Shown: positions 18,743-29,230, counted from the stretch's first letter. The stretch is 64,000 nt of DNA from Methanotrichaceae archaeon (GCA_963803145.1 CAWDLW010000020.1:32001-96000), one strand, 5' to 3'. A program made the numbers and translations. The notes: generated from the letters alone by a model not told the origin.

Positions 18743-19258
18743 ATAACTGATTTAGTAGCAATAGTATACCCAGATGAGGGGCGTGCTGCCGAGGTCATGA
18801 ACAAGCTCAAGGAGCTTTCCAGCCTGTACCTCATCGATCTTGAAGACGCAGTCTATGTGACCAAGGATGTAGAAGGCAAGGTCAAGCTGCACCAGTCAGC
18901 AGACCTGACTGGCGCCGGAGCAATCGGTGGTGCCTTTTGGGGGCTTCTTATTGGGCTTCTCTTCTTCATTCCAATTGGCGGCATGATTATAGGGGCTATC
19001 GCAGGGGCTATCGGCGGCAGTCTAGCTGATTACGGCATAGATGATGAGTTTGCCAAATCCCTGACTAAATCGATGACACCTGGAAGCTCAGCCGTCTTCA
19101 TGCTCGTGCGCAAAGTTACCATAGACAAGGTAGAGCCGGAGCTGGCCAAGTTCGGCGGAAAGATTCTTCATACCTCTCTCTCCAAGGAAGTAGAGGCAAA
19201 GCTGCAGGCAACACTCGATGAGGCGGGCAAGGCAGAAGTGAAGCAGGCTCCTGTTTAG
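18743..19258 (+). CDS. DUF1269 family membrane protein (probable ATA start)
   Basis: LIDLEDAVYV..D..GKVKL.Q and GA.GG.FWGLLIGLLF..P motifs, D.GIDDEF. In-frame extension (I)TDLVAIVYPDEGRAAEV follows a GAGGTG SD; first ATG is at 18797. Confidence 0.82.
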   Translation: MTDLVAIVYPDEGRAAEVMNKLKELSSLYLIDLEDAVYVTKDVEGKVKLHQSADLTGAGAIGGAFWGLLIGLLFFIPIGGMIIGAIAGAIGGSLADYGIDDEFAKSLTKSMTPGSSAVFMLVRKVTIDKVEPELAKFGGKILHTSLSKEVEAKLQATLDEAGKAEVKQAPV

Positions 19259-19387
19259 CCTGCATGAGCGGAGAGGACTGAGCAGGAGTCCCGGTCTAAA
19301 GGCACGGTCTAGCCAAATCAGAGAGCTAATGAGAGTCACGACGTAGTCATATCAGGATGAAAGCAGAGCAAGGTAGTTCTTGGAGGG

Positions 19388-20620
19388 ATGATGCCGATGA
19401 AGACAATTTTGAAGAACGAGATACTGCTGAATAGAGATAGCGTCAATTACTCTGAGGTAAGACATATAGTTCTCAAGGGAACGAATGAGCTGATCGGCAA
19501 AGCCCTTGGAGAGATTTCTAAGGAGGATTACCATGTCACCCCGAGCCGTTACATTGATCCCATTTACGCCAAGGCTCGCCTGGCATACATGCAGAAGAAC
19601 TATCCTGCCTTCTACGAGAGGTTGAAGGGTGCCGCAGAGGCCTATGGGGTCTCCATCGACTCCACTGATTTAGACCTCAGCGTCCTCCCCTACGATGCAG
19701 GATCTCTTGGCTGCTCAGTGGTCTATTTTCCACCATCCGCAACATATAATGGCCATGCCATGGCCTGCAGGAACCTGGACTTCCGCACGGCGCCTATAGA
19801 TAGACTCCTCGGCAAGACCGACATCTCCAATCAGACGGGCATGTTTGCCAGAACCTATGTGATGGAGCTTTACCCCGACGAGGGATACTCCAGTCTGGTG
19901 ATTGGAGCCCATGACCTCATGGGGTTCGTCTTCCAGGGGCTCAACTCCCGGGGACTGGGCATAGAACTGCAGGCCGATGATAGTCCCCTCGTTGTGGTAG
20001 CCCCACTGGGGGGCGTCAGATCAAATGGACTTTCGGATTTGATGGCGGCCAGGATGATCCTGGATACCTGCAAGAGCGTAGAAGAGGCCAAACTTGTCTT
20101 ACTCAACAACAGGATATATTTCCCCTTTATAGGCCCCCACTTCCTGATCTACGATAAGTACGGCAACTCCACCATAGCTGAGTTCCTGGCTAAGGACGAC
20201 CGCGTCCACTTTACAGATGCTATGAACTCCGTTCGAGTGATGACCAACCATCCTGTCTGTCTGTATCCCACCGCGGACACCTACCCCAAGCCCGATGTCA
20301 ATGTCGGATATTACGATAGTTTCATTCGATTTAAGACACTCACTGAGATCACATCGGGCCATCAGGGAAAGTTCTCCCAGGAGGATATGATCGATGTCCT
20401 CAGGACCGTTTATGCCGAGGTATATTATGGATCGCTTCTGTCGGAGAATGCAAAGATACCCGAAAGAACTGTGATGAACTCACTGCTTGACCTGACCGAC
20501 GGGACTATCCTGGCCCGATATTATCTCAGGGACGGCCCCACAGATCCCATGCTCGGGGGACCTAGCAATATCTTCTCCCAGTTCTTCAGCTTCACACTTG
20601 GGATGATTTCATCGTCATGA
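19388..20620 (+). CDS. C45/linear amide C-N hydrolase (Ntn-hydrolase), copy 2
   Basis: G|CSVVYF nucleophile, CRNLDF, GLNSRGL, LDTCKSVEEA, HFLIYD..G and MTNH motifs. Confidence 0.82.
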   Translation: MMPMKTILKNEILLNRDSVNYSEVRHIVLKGTNELIGKALGEISKEDYHVTPSRYIDPIYAKARLAYMQKNYPAFYERLKGAAEAYGVSIDSTDLDLSVLPYDAGSLGCSVVYFPPSATYNGHAMACRNLDFRTAPIDRLLGKTDISNQTGMFARTYVMELYPDEGYSSLVIGAHDLMGFVFQGLNSRGLGIELQADDSPLVVVAPLGGVRSNGLSDLMAARMILDTCKSVEEAKLVLLNNRIYFPFIGPHFLIYDKYGNSTIAEFLAKDDRVHFTDAMNSVRVMTNHPVCLYPTADTYPKPDVNVGYYDSFIRFKTLTEITSGHQGKFSQEDMIDVLRTVYAEVYYGSLLSENAKIPERTVMNSLLDLTDGTILARYYLRDGPTDPMLGGPSNIFSQFFSFTLGMISSS

Positions 20621-21060
20621 CTGACATCAAAAAAGAGCAAAAGGGCGAGTACCTCGACAGGTTCCAGAACATCATCATCACAGTTCTATCCTGGACGATG
20701 GCGGTGGTTGTGTTATTTGCAACCATCGACCTGATCTACAACCTTGCCCTCTACCTGATCACCCCTCCGTTCGGGCGCTTGGGTATTACAGAGCTTCTGG
20801 AAGTCTTCGGAAGCATTCTCGCGGTGCTCATCGGAGTAGAGCTTCTTGAGACCTTCAAGGCGTTCAGGCTCGAGAAGTCGGTCAATGTACTGATGGTATT
20901 AATGGTGGCGATGATCGCCATGGCTCGGAAGATCATAGTCCTGGAGATGAACGAATCATCCAGCAATGTGAGCCTGGTGGGCGTAGCAGCAGTCATAATC
21001 GCCCTGTCCGCAGGCTACTATCTTGTCAATAGAGCAAGATCCGAGGAGAAGAGGACATGA
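20617..21060 (+). CDS. Phosphate-starvation-inducible PsiE-like membrane protein
   Basis: Four TMs with LIGVELLET and VAMIAMARKII motifs; ATGA overlap with the upstream gene. Confidence 0.85.
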   Translation: MTDIKKEQKGEYLDRFQNIIITVLSWTMAVVVLFATIDLIYNLALYLITPPFGRLGITELLEVFGSILAVLIGVELLETFKAFRLEKSVNVLMVLMVAMIAMARKIIVLEMNESSSNVSLVGVAAVIIALSAGYYLVNRARSEEKRT

Positions 21061-21089
21061 GCTTGTAGTCATGAGAGAGCCTCTTGTAG

Positions 21090-21608
21090 CTACTCCAAAG
21101 TAGAATAGCTGACCTTTCTGACGGTTCCAGATGATGCTGCTGTATCGGCACTGAATATGTTATACGTCTTCGATGGAGTCTGGCCGCTCAAGTCCAATGA
21201 GAGAGCATAAAGCTTTGAGCCATCCGCCGGCACTACATTTAGCCTCAGAATATCGCCGGATAGAGATCCACTGGCTGTTGCCAGCTGAGCAAAGGCAGAG
21301 GATGTCACATTACCGCTGCCGAATACCATGCTTCCTGATTGAGAAAGAGCCAGATTGATGTATGCTCCATTCTCGAGCTCCAAATGCCATTCGCCTGTTA
21401 TGCACCGTGAAGCCGTATTTGCCGAAGGTAAGTCTGCATTTAGCGCAGAGCTATCAGATCCTGCAGCCTCTGGCTGTGCAGGCGCATCCATTGATGCCAT
21501 TAACTGTCTTGCGACGGGGTCCATGGAATCTTCTTGAGAGTGCACTTGAGACACGAGGAAGAGGAGCAGTGCACTAGCTAGCAATAATATGCAGTACTTC
21601 ATTTTCAC
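21090..21608 (-). CDS. Secreted hypothetical protein with a small beta-barrel-like domain
   Basis: Signal peptide; ITGEWHLEL...INLALSQSGSMVFGSG...ATASGSLSG domain shared with 61490-62377. Confidence 0.75.
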   Translation of the reverse strand: MKMKYCILLLASALLLFLVSQVHSQEDSMDPVARQLMASMDAPAQPEAAGSDSSALNADLPSANTASRCITGEWHLELENGAYINLALSQSGSMVFGSGNVTSSAFAQLATASGSLSGDILRLNVVPADGSKLYALSLDLSGQTPSKTYNIFSADTAASSGTVRKVSYSTLE

Positions 21609-21712
21609 CCACTCCGGCGAGATTTATAGAGCTGCCAGTATATTAAACTTAATCCTCGTCCCACTAACTATTGCCATCGATACCTCTCTGCTGTTGCCAT
21701 CTTCAGCCGATC

Positions 21713-21871
21713 TTATCTTAAATCCTCAAGCCTCTCGATCAGTTCCAGCTTCGCCATCTCAGCAGCCCTAATCTCATTCAAGGCCGTAACTGCTGCATCT
21801 ATGCTCTCGATGTGGGTAACGATGGCTCTTTTGACCTCAGATGGAGATGCTACAAATGTATCTAAATCCAT
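21713..21871 (-). CDS. Small coiled-coil hypothetical protein (52 aa)
   Basis: Manual translation MDLDTFVASPSEVKRAIVTHIESIDAAVTALNEIRAAEMAKLELIERLEDLR*, preceded by GGGGAGG. Confidence 0.5.
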   Translation of the reverse strand: MDLDTFVASPSEVKRAIVTHIESIDAAVTALNEIRAAEMAKLELIERLEDLR

Positions 21872-22248
21872 AATCTCGCCGCCTCCCCGATCAAGATAGT
21901 AGTAGCCATAATAGTAACCGAGTCCAGAAGGAATCCAGCTCTATTCAGATAGCTTGTATTCAGTCGAGGCATGGTCTGGATCCTCTGTAACTGGCATAGA
22001 TATGAGTGCCAGAATGGCTTTAATACGGCTTGCATATACATTTTCGTTTACCTCCTTTGCAGAGTTTCCGCCAGGTTTAGAATAACTAATTACGACCCGG
22101 CAATCTTTAATCCTTCTAAAGTGCTTATCCCTATATAAGGATATTCCCTTTTGAAGGATAATACCTTTAGAAGGATAATAATAAAGAGTTTTATACCAAA
22201 ACAAATTATCCTATCTGATAAGTGGTTATAATGCTTCTAAGTAATTTG

Positions 22249-22413
22249 ATGGAAAAACTGGGATCACGTAATCTGATAACTGATCCTTCTTACAGGAAAG
22301 TGGATAAGATAGGCAGAGTCACTATTGGAAAAGAGTTCGCAGGGAAGGAGGTAATAGTGATCGCCCTAGAGCCCAAGCTGCCGAATGATAAAGCCGATTA
22401 TATAAAGCTCTGA
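22249..22413 (+). CDS. Small AbrB-like/DUF2080-like protein
   Basis: RKVDKIGRVTIGKEFAGKEVIVIALE swapped-hairpin-like pattern. Confidence 0.55.
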   Translation: MEKLGSRNLITDPSYRKVDKIGRVTIGKEFAGKEVIVIALEPKLPNDKADYIKL

Positions 22414-22890
22414 TGTCGCAGAGATGGAGTGTTTCCGCACTGAGGTGAGCAGACTGGCCGCACAAAAAGGTCAATCTTCCTTTGTTGCTGTGGCCCTGAA
22501 GAATTTTGCCAGAGAAAACGATAAGATAGCACTTGGGGTTGATCTCAAAACATAACAAAGAAATGTTATGCCATGACAAATACCTTTAGATATACTGTCG
22601 CGAAGCCGCCGCGCCTGTTAGATGTCGATATGATCGAAAACATTAAATTCAGCCATAAGTGTATGGGTTATATGTAGGTACGAAATGCATAGCCTTAAAA
22701 TTCTAAACGTCGGAAAACCAAAGGATACGGGAAGATTGAACGGCTCTGCCTCCAGACCTCCGTCAGATGTACTTGGAAAGCGTAGAGTACCATCATAAGC
22801 TATTAGAGAGGCTTGCTCAGAGGTAGTTAGATAAACTGCTCTGGGCCACCTTCCACCAGTTGTGGCTCTTTCTCCTCAACCAGCGCTCTA

Positions 22891-23979
22891 CTATAGTTAA
22901 TCATTGAGCTTATTGCCCTATAGATACATTTAATAATTAATGCGTGAAAATACATAGGCATGGGTAGAAAACCTATAATAATTAGGCATATATCAAAGAT
23001 AGACCTTGATAAATTATATAAAAAAGAGACTGATCTAAGGATTAAGGAACGGTTATTGGCAATAATACATTTATATGAAGGGAAAAACGTATATGAGGTA
23101 GCTGATATTTTAAAAAGGGGCGAGAGGACAATAAAATATTGGTTAAGCAGATGGAATAATCAAGGCTATAATGGATTGACACCAAAGAATAGAAATGGCA
23201 AAAAGCCAAAGATGTCTCTTGATGAATGGGATAGAGTTATTAAAGAAATTGAAGACAAAGGAATGACGATAAAAGACGTATTAAAATATGTAAGGGATAC
23301 AAGAGGTATAGATTTTTCATATAAATATGGCTGGCGAATTTTAAGAGTAGTGAAAAAAGTTAAGTATGGGAAACCATACATCAGAAATGAAAAGAGGCCT
23401 GCAGATGCAGAAAGTTTTTTAAAAAAGGATAAAATCAGTGCTGACCACTGTTACTGATCCTGTTATAGGATTTCTTGATGAAAGCTCTTTACAACAGCGC
23501 CCTAATACACGTAGAGTCTTAAACACTCATTTAATAAATTATAAACCTGGAAAGGTTAGATCAAGAACTATTTTTGGATTTATAGCATTAAATGGCAATG
23601 ATGAGGTTATGGTTTCCAACTCCTCTAAGAAGGAAGCGTTGATGGCATTTGCTCAAAATATAAGAAATAATAATATTATGAGGCCAATTTGTATACTTTT
23701 AGATAATGCTAGAATTCATTTGGCCAAGAAATTTAGAAAACTAGCTGAGGAAATCGATATTCACTTAATTTATAATATCCCCTATTCACCAGATTTGAAT
23801 CCTATAGAATTCGGTTGGAAGGATTTCAAAAGAGAGATCGCCAAATACACTGATTTCGATGAAGCTATTATAGCTAGCCAAGATTGCGCTTTAGAAATAT
23901 TTTATTCCAAAAAGGATGGATATTCAAAGTCCTGGGTGGAGCGATTTCTTAGTGCAAAAAGCTAGGAGATTAACTATAG
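22891..23979 (+). mobile_element. IS630-family insertion sequence (1089 bp)
   Basis: TIRs CTATAGTTAATC... (22891) and ...GATTAACTATAG (23979); TA duplication at 22889-22890 and 23980-23981; AT-rich. Confidence 0.92.
22960..23965 (+). CDS. IS630 transposase in two frames (HTH ORF 22960-23457; DDE ORF to 23965), probable -1 frameshift
   Basis: HTH ORF ends at TTTTTTAAAAAAG (about 23415-23427); the second frame has FLDES, LDNARIH and PYSPDLNPIE. Confidence 0.88.
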
Positions 23980-24046
23980 TACGCTTGATCGTTTTTGTGT
24001 GAAGATACAAAAGTATAATTGATTCCAGATTTGGCCTGCCATTAGA

Positions 24047-24177
24047 ATTCAAGAGCTACTTACTTCTGGGGCTAATACTGGCGGCCTTCTAGCGCCCTCA
24101 ATCGCCGGGCGGGCTACCCCTAACCCCTCGCTGGGGGAAGGCTTTGGAAAACGCATACTATACGGTTGAAGAGGATA
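24047..24177 (-). repeat. Structured dispersed repeat, copy A
   Basis: CTTCTGGGGCTAATACTGGCGG...CTAGCGCCCTCAATCGCCGGGCGGGCTACCCCTAACCCCTCGCTGGGGGAAGGCTTTGGAAAA; homologous to copies B-E. Confidence 0.88.
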
Positions 24178-24262
24178 TGATAGAGGAACCCCTCTATCTA
24201 TTTCGCTGAAGTGCTGAAGGGAAATTTGTGACGACACTTATTGGTCGCAATGACGGTTTATT

Positions 24263-24796
24263 TTAAGGCAAGCGAACAGTTAATCCAGAATTTGGTCCAG
24301 GAGGAAGACCAAGAGCGGGCTCTACCCCTGGGGACATCCTAAGGTCTTCCAGCAATCTCTTTGCGGAGATCCTTTTTCCAATCATTGCTTCAGACTCTGG
24401 GCGTGGTTGATTCACTTGTTTACCTCTATATACTTCAACTTCTGGAATGCTGTCTTCCATGGCTCTGGCACATAGACCGCGCACATAGAAGCGATTAAAC
24501 TCACCTTCTGCAAGAGTATCCGGTGCGTTAACAGGAACTTGGGCGATTGAAAAACTGCCGTTCTTTTTATTGCGCTTTTCAGTGGTATTCATATAACCAA
24601 GGCGACGCAATTCGCCTGCAAGCCATGCATCGTCACGACTTTGAATTGCTTCCTTCAGGAGCGAAGGATACGACTCTAAACCCTGCTGATTCAAACGAGG
24701 GCTGATATAAAGTGATCCTCTCGATATATCTAATTCCACTTCTTTCAGCATAAACTGACGTGTTCTAGCATCCAAGTTCTCATAAATTAGTGCCAT
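24263..24796 (-). CDS. Conserved-looking hypothetical protein (177 aa)
   Basis: Clean ORF with motif-like segments LAEGEFNRFYVRGLC and PPGPNSGL; co-oriented with the DUF2188 gene. Confidence 0.75.
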   Translation of the reverse strand: MALIYENLDARTRQFMLKEVELDISRGSLYISPRLNQQGLESYPSLLKEAIQSRDDAWLAGELRRLGYMNTTEKRNKKNGSFSIAQVPVNAPDTLAEGEFNRFYVRGLCARAMEDSIPEVEVYRGKQVNQPRPESEAMIGKRISAKRLLEDLRMSPGVEPALGLPPGPNSGLTVRLP

Positions 24797-24868
24797 TATC
24801 CCACCTGCGCTCGATACTTTAGGATATACATCCTCATGGGATGATATTTACGCACCTGAAAAGTTTAT

Positions 24869-25102
24869 TCACTTCTTATCTTTTGGCGGGCAAGGATCCT
24901 TGCCATAGCTATTTGACTCTCGGATCTTTCCATCCTTGCCGTGAATTATACATTCTGCTCTCTGATTTAGACATATCTCCCGTGCACGGTCGATTGCTTC
25001 AGCTTGTGTAGTGCTATGACTCGACGACTTTTCTGCATGGGGCTTCTTGACATCCCAGCCACCATCAGGGTTTTGTACAACATGCCTTTCCTTTCTTGCC
25101 AT
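24869..25102 (-). CDS. DUF2188 family protein
   Basis: HVV..PDGGWDVK...TQAEAIDRAR...IHGKDGKIRE..SYG.DP.PP pattern. Confidence 0.88.
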   Translation of the reverse strand: MARKERHVVQNPDGGWDVKKPHAEKSSSHSTTQAEAIDRAREICLNQRAECIIHGKDGKIRESNSYGKDPCPPKDKK

Positions 25103-25206
25103 TGGTTAGTTCATAGTAATATGATAATATTTAAGTTCGAGCAGTGCAGAGCGAAAGTAATTAACTATGTATAACCTATGGTTGATCCAAGAAAGAGGAG
25201 GTGTAA

Positions 25207-25479
25207 ATGAGTTCTGGTGCCAATGATTGCTGTTGTTGTGCAGGCAAGATGCGTGAGGGCAAGCATGAATTTATGGCCAGAGTTGGGGATGAGATAGTAG
25301 TCATCAAGGATGTTCCGGCTCTTGTCTGCGATATCTGCGGCGAGGTCGAATACACGCCTGAGGTATCAGAAGAGATCGATGTGATCATGGAAGACTTCTT
25401 TGCGGGGCGTCTAATGGCAAAGCCCATTGTGGCGGGAGAGGTCATGTTTAGGCCTCAGGGTGCAGACTCAACGGTATAA
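25207..25479 (+). CDS. YgiT-type zinc finger (MqsA-like antitoxin N-domain)
   Basis: CxxC...VIKDVPALVCDICGE pattern; no intact toxin upstream. Confidence 0.82.
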   Translation: MSSGANDCCCCAGKMREGKHEFMARVGDEIVVIKDVPALVCDICGEVEYTPEVSEEIDVIMEDFFAGRLMAKPIVAGEVMFRPQGADSTV

Positions 25480-25735
25480 GCATTTCTTGGGTCAGCGGAT
25501 CTCTAAAAAACTACTATCTGCAGAGCGCGCTTTGAGTGCCGTTGGAAGTGCATTCAGTGGTCAAGCCGAAAAGGCTGACGATTTACATTGAATAAGCTAA
25601 TCCAAAATATTAATCTAGCTTTGCCCCCAATTTATAATATTAGATAGCATAATTGTTTGAAATTCTCTATCAAAACCAACATCTTTAAGAAATAGATGCT
25701 TATTTAGCACTCATAGTCTGAACTAGGATGGCATT

Positions 25736-26647
25736 ATGGATAGAGTAAGCCGATCATGGTACGAACTTGCATTTGAGCGAGATTTTCTAAAGAAAACCGG
25801 CAATTCGTTCCAAGATTTCTTCTGCGAAATTATGGAAAAATGCCATCCTGGAGATTTTCAACGAATTCGTCCTTGGGGAAAATTCGGAGATAGAAAAAAT
25901 GATGGCTACTTGTCATCGGCAAGAATGCTGTTCCAAATCTATGCACCTAATGAAATTCGCCAAGCAGATACATTAGCGAAAATAAATGAGGATTTCTATG
26001 GTGCACTACCTTATTGGGAAAAATATTTTGACTCTTGGGTTTTTACACATAATTCTCGCCAAGGGCTCAGTCCAGACGTATTCAAGAGATTATTGGAACT
26101 TAAGACTGAATATACTTATTTAGAGTTCCCTTGCTGGGGTTTTGAAGAATTAAGGATAAAAGTCTTCACACTATCTGAGAGGGATATTGCATCGATTCTG
26201 GGCCTTGCACCAACAAACCAGGATCTGCTTAATGTAGGATTCTCAGAACTAAAACTCGTGCTCGGTGCCATATCTCAACAAGAACCTCTATTCGATCAAG
26301 ATATAAGTTCAATATCCAAAGAGAAGCTTACTTACAATGCTTTATCACATAGCGTGGAAGAATTGATTAAATTGGGTGCTGTTCGATCCAACCTTGTTAA
26401 GCGATTTTTTAGAGAATATAACGATCCTGAATATGGCGATAAAATTGCGCGAACATTTAGAGAAAAGTATATTGAATTGAAAAAGGAAAATAACTCCCCT
26501 GATATTATTTTTTTGAAGCTTCAGGAATTCGCTGGCGGCACAAAGCGTGGCCCACCTAAGTATGAGGCTGCTGTTTTAGCGATATTGTCATATCTCTTTC
26601 AGAGTTGCGATATCTTTGAGCATCCTGCACCTAGAGGACCACTATGA
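25736..26647 (+). CDS. ABC three-component (Lamassu-like) effector with putative PD-(D/E)xK-type nuclease N-domain
   Basis: FQDFF..IM...GDRKNDGY...FQIYAP N-domain; C-terminal K...N.L...Y...LSYLFQSCDIFE helical domain; first of three genes linked by ATGA overlaps. Confidence 0.75.
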   Translation: MDRVSRSWYELAFERDFLKKTGNSFQDFFCEIMEKCHPGDFQRIRPWGKFGDRKNDGYLSSARMLFQIYAPNEIRQADTLAKINEDFYGALPYWEKYFDSWVFTHNSRQGLSPDVFKRLLELKTEYTYLEFPCWGFEELRIKVFTLSERDIASILGLAPTNQDLLNVGFSELKLVLGAISQQEPLFDQDISSISKEKLTYNALSHSVEELIKLGAVRSNLVKRFFREYNDPEYGDKIARTFREKYIELKKENNSPDIIFLKLQEFAGGTKRGPPKYEAAVLAILSYLFQSCDIFEHPAPRGPL

Positions 26648-26880
26648 TTCTGCCTACTAAGCATTCCGGGTATGATCGCTCACTTTTGGTTCTTGGCGCG
26701 GAAATCTTGAATATCTTAAGTGTACCCAAAACGTTATCTCGTACATGGGAAGAACTCAAACGAAATAATATTAATAAAAACTACTTAACCTATGAGTGGT
26801 TTATCTTATCTTTAGACTTATTATATCTCCTAAATGCCATAGAATTTGAAAATGGATTGATTAGGAAGGTATATTTATGA
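26644..26880 (+). CDS. ABC three-component middle component (LmuC-like)
   Basis: MILPTKH...RSLL..GAEIL...F.LSLDLLY.L..I small helical protein between the effector and the ATPase. Confidence 0.78.
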   Translation: MILPTKHSGYDRSLLVLGAEILNILSVPKTLSRTWEELKRNNINKNYLTYEWFILSLDLLYLLNAIEFENGLIRKVYL

Positions 26881-28005
26881 TTTATAAAATTTTTAGCGAT
26901 TTACCTAGTTTTAAGGAAATTGATTTTCATCCAGGGTTAAATCTACTTATAGCTGATAAAAGCCCTGGAGCAACTGATCAGCAGACTAGAAACCGCGCTG
27001 GAAAAACTAGCATTATTGAGATAATTCATTTTTTATTAGGGTCCGATTGTGGGCCGGATTCCATCTTTAGATCTGAGAAACTTATAGGTTTCTCTTTTAG
27101 TATGGAATTTGATCTTGGGCACGCTATAACAATTGTAGAAAGGTCAGGGACGCGACCTAATCGGATTTTAGTAAAAACAGATAACTTTGATGCATGGCCA
27201 ATTAAGCCTGCAAAACAAAAGATAACAACTATTTCCAATTCAGAATGGAGGAACATATTAGGGTCTATTATTTTTGGGCTAAACGAAGCTGAAGATCAGA
27301 ATTTAGGAAAAAAATTTGCGCCGAGATTTAGAGCTCTTTTCTCATATTTTGCTCGTCGAGAAAGAAAAGGCGCATTTAACTCCCCGATGAAGCAATCTGA
27401 TATGCAGCAATTATGGGATCAGCAGGTAGCGCTCTCATATCTACTTGATCTAGATTGGGTTATAGCCCAGAGTTGGCAGACTGTAAGAGAACGTGAAAAG
27501 ACATTAAGGGAGTTAAGAAAGGCAGTTGGTGAAGGCGTCTTCGGAGAAGCTATCGGTACTGTCGCCAGTCTTAGAACCGAATTGACAGTAGCTGAAGAGA
27601 AAATACGACGCATAAGGCAAGAACTAAATGAGTTTAAGGTACTTCCACAATATCATGAGCTCGAAACTGAGGCTTCTAATTTAAGCCAACAATTAGGTAA
27701 ACTCTCAGATGAAAATATTATTGATCGAGAATTAATTGATAACATCGAATCATCCCTAGAACAAGAGCAACCACCTGCATTGGATGATTTATACCGTCTT
27801 TATGAAGAGGCAGGCGTATTATTGACTGATAGGATTAAGCTTCATTTCGATGACCTAAGCAAATTTCATGAATCAATAATCGAAAATAGAAAATTCTATC
27901 TATCATCTGAAATTGAGGAAGCTAACCGACGTATAAGTTCCAGAGATCATAATATGATATCTCTGTCTCGTCGGTGGTCCGAAATAATGGCACTACTCAA
28001 TTCTC

Positions 28006-29230
28006 GGTTGTGTATGTGACCTATTGAAATGGGATCCTCCAAGTCATTAACTCCTTCATAGTCCAAATATGGTCGGTAATCAATTCAACCATCGCAGGCG
28101 TTCGAGGGATCCATTTTTTAGGATTCAGAGCGAATCCCACTTCTTCCATGTCAAGGTTTATCTCAATTTTTAAAGAATCATGCGGCTTAACGAAGTTGTA
28201 CCAAGCTTGGAAAAAGTCTATTGCGCCGGTATGAATTTGCCTATCTTTACTAAAGTTCATAGACTCACGTATAAACCTGGCCAGATAATTCCTGAAAGTG
28301 AGATTCATTCGTTCGACGTAGGATGTCTGGATATGTTCTTTCGATGTTGGGCAAAGCAGTTCAAGCACATCTTTCGGGTCACCATATACAATCCGTTCAA
28401 ATGTGTTAACCACTTCATCATTCTTTTTATTTTTCACAATTTGAGCATATTTAAGGTCAGGAGGAGGAACAAGTATAGGATTTGGTTTTCTGCCTAGTCC
28501 TTTGTATTCAGGCGTCTCCTTGACACCGTAGACTTCAAGGAGGGCATTGGAAAATGGATCCCAATCATCGGAAACGAATACCGGAAGAGGTGTGCCTGTC
28601 GCCCGTCTATGTTCTAAGTCACTAAATAAGGCAGTTGCATCTTCTATAGTTCGGCCACCTTCATGATGGCAGATTAGTAACCTTGATTCAGCATTTATTG
28701 CTGTCAGACTATATACGTCACCAACGTCTTTTGAGTCATAGCTACTTACATTTTTTTGTTTTTTTACAAAATGACCATATTTCATCTATCTGCACTTGTG
28801 TAAGATGAAGATGGTTCAGGAAGTAATCATTGACCTCTTTGCAATGATCCGCTGCCCTTTTGAGCCATCGGCAGATTGTATTTTTATCATGACCTGTAGA
28901 TCTTGCAACACCACGAATACTGCCTTTTTCTACCAATTGGGCCAGGACATCTAAGACTTCCTCATCTGATGTGCTTAAACCGAAAAATATTGTTCCGCGA
29001 GTCTCGCTGAAACAATGACCACATGTTCTACACTTCAAGAGCGCACGGTTGTTCTTTCCATAGTGATCTTTTATCACTATGTTGCCTTTATCGTTTATGC
29101 CATAATCCTGGCAGCCTTCATGATGGCACCAGTAATCGGACAATGTAATATCAGACATTTTTGATACATCCCTTTTAAAGAATGTATCATTATAAACATA
29201 TAACTATTTCATCGGAACGCATACACGACC
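28006..29230 (-). mobile_element. IS1-family insertion sequence (1225 bp)
   Basis: Ends GGTTGTGTATG / CATACACGACC (10/11 complementary); 8-bp target duplication CAATTCTC at 27998-28005 and 29231-29238. Confidence 0.9.
28021..29158 (-). CDS. IS1-family transposase in two frames (InsA-like Zn-finger/HTH 28742-29158; InsB-like DDE 28021-28785)
   Basis: CxxxxC...CxxC and HTH, QIDEIWSF followed by an A7-C-A7 tract; second frame has VSDDW, TSYVERMNLTFR and FSK. Confidence 0.82.

Noticed and set aside
22684-22890. Possible small gene(s) disrupted by IS630
   Set aside because: Only short fragments on both strands, with no convincing motif even after joining across the TA target.
24049-24237. 62-aa minus-strand ORF
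   Set aside because: It is a translation of structured repeat copy A, and the frame is not evidently preserved in the other copies.
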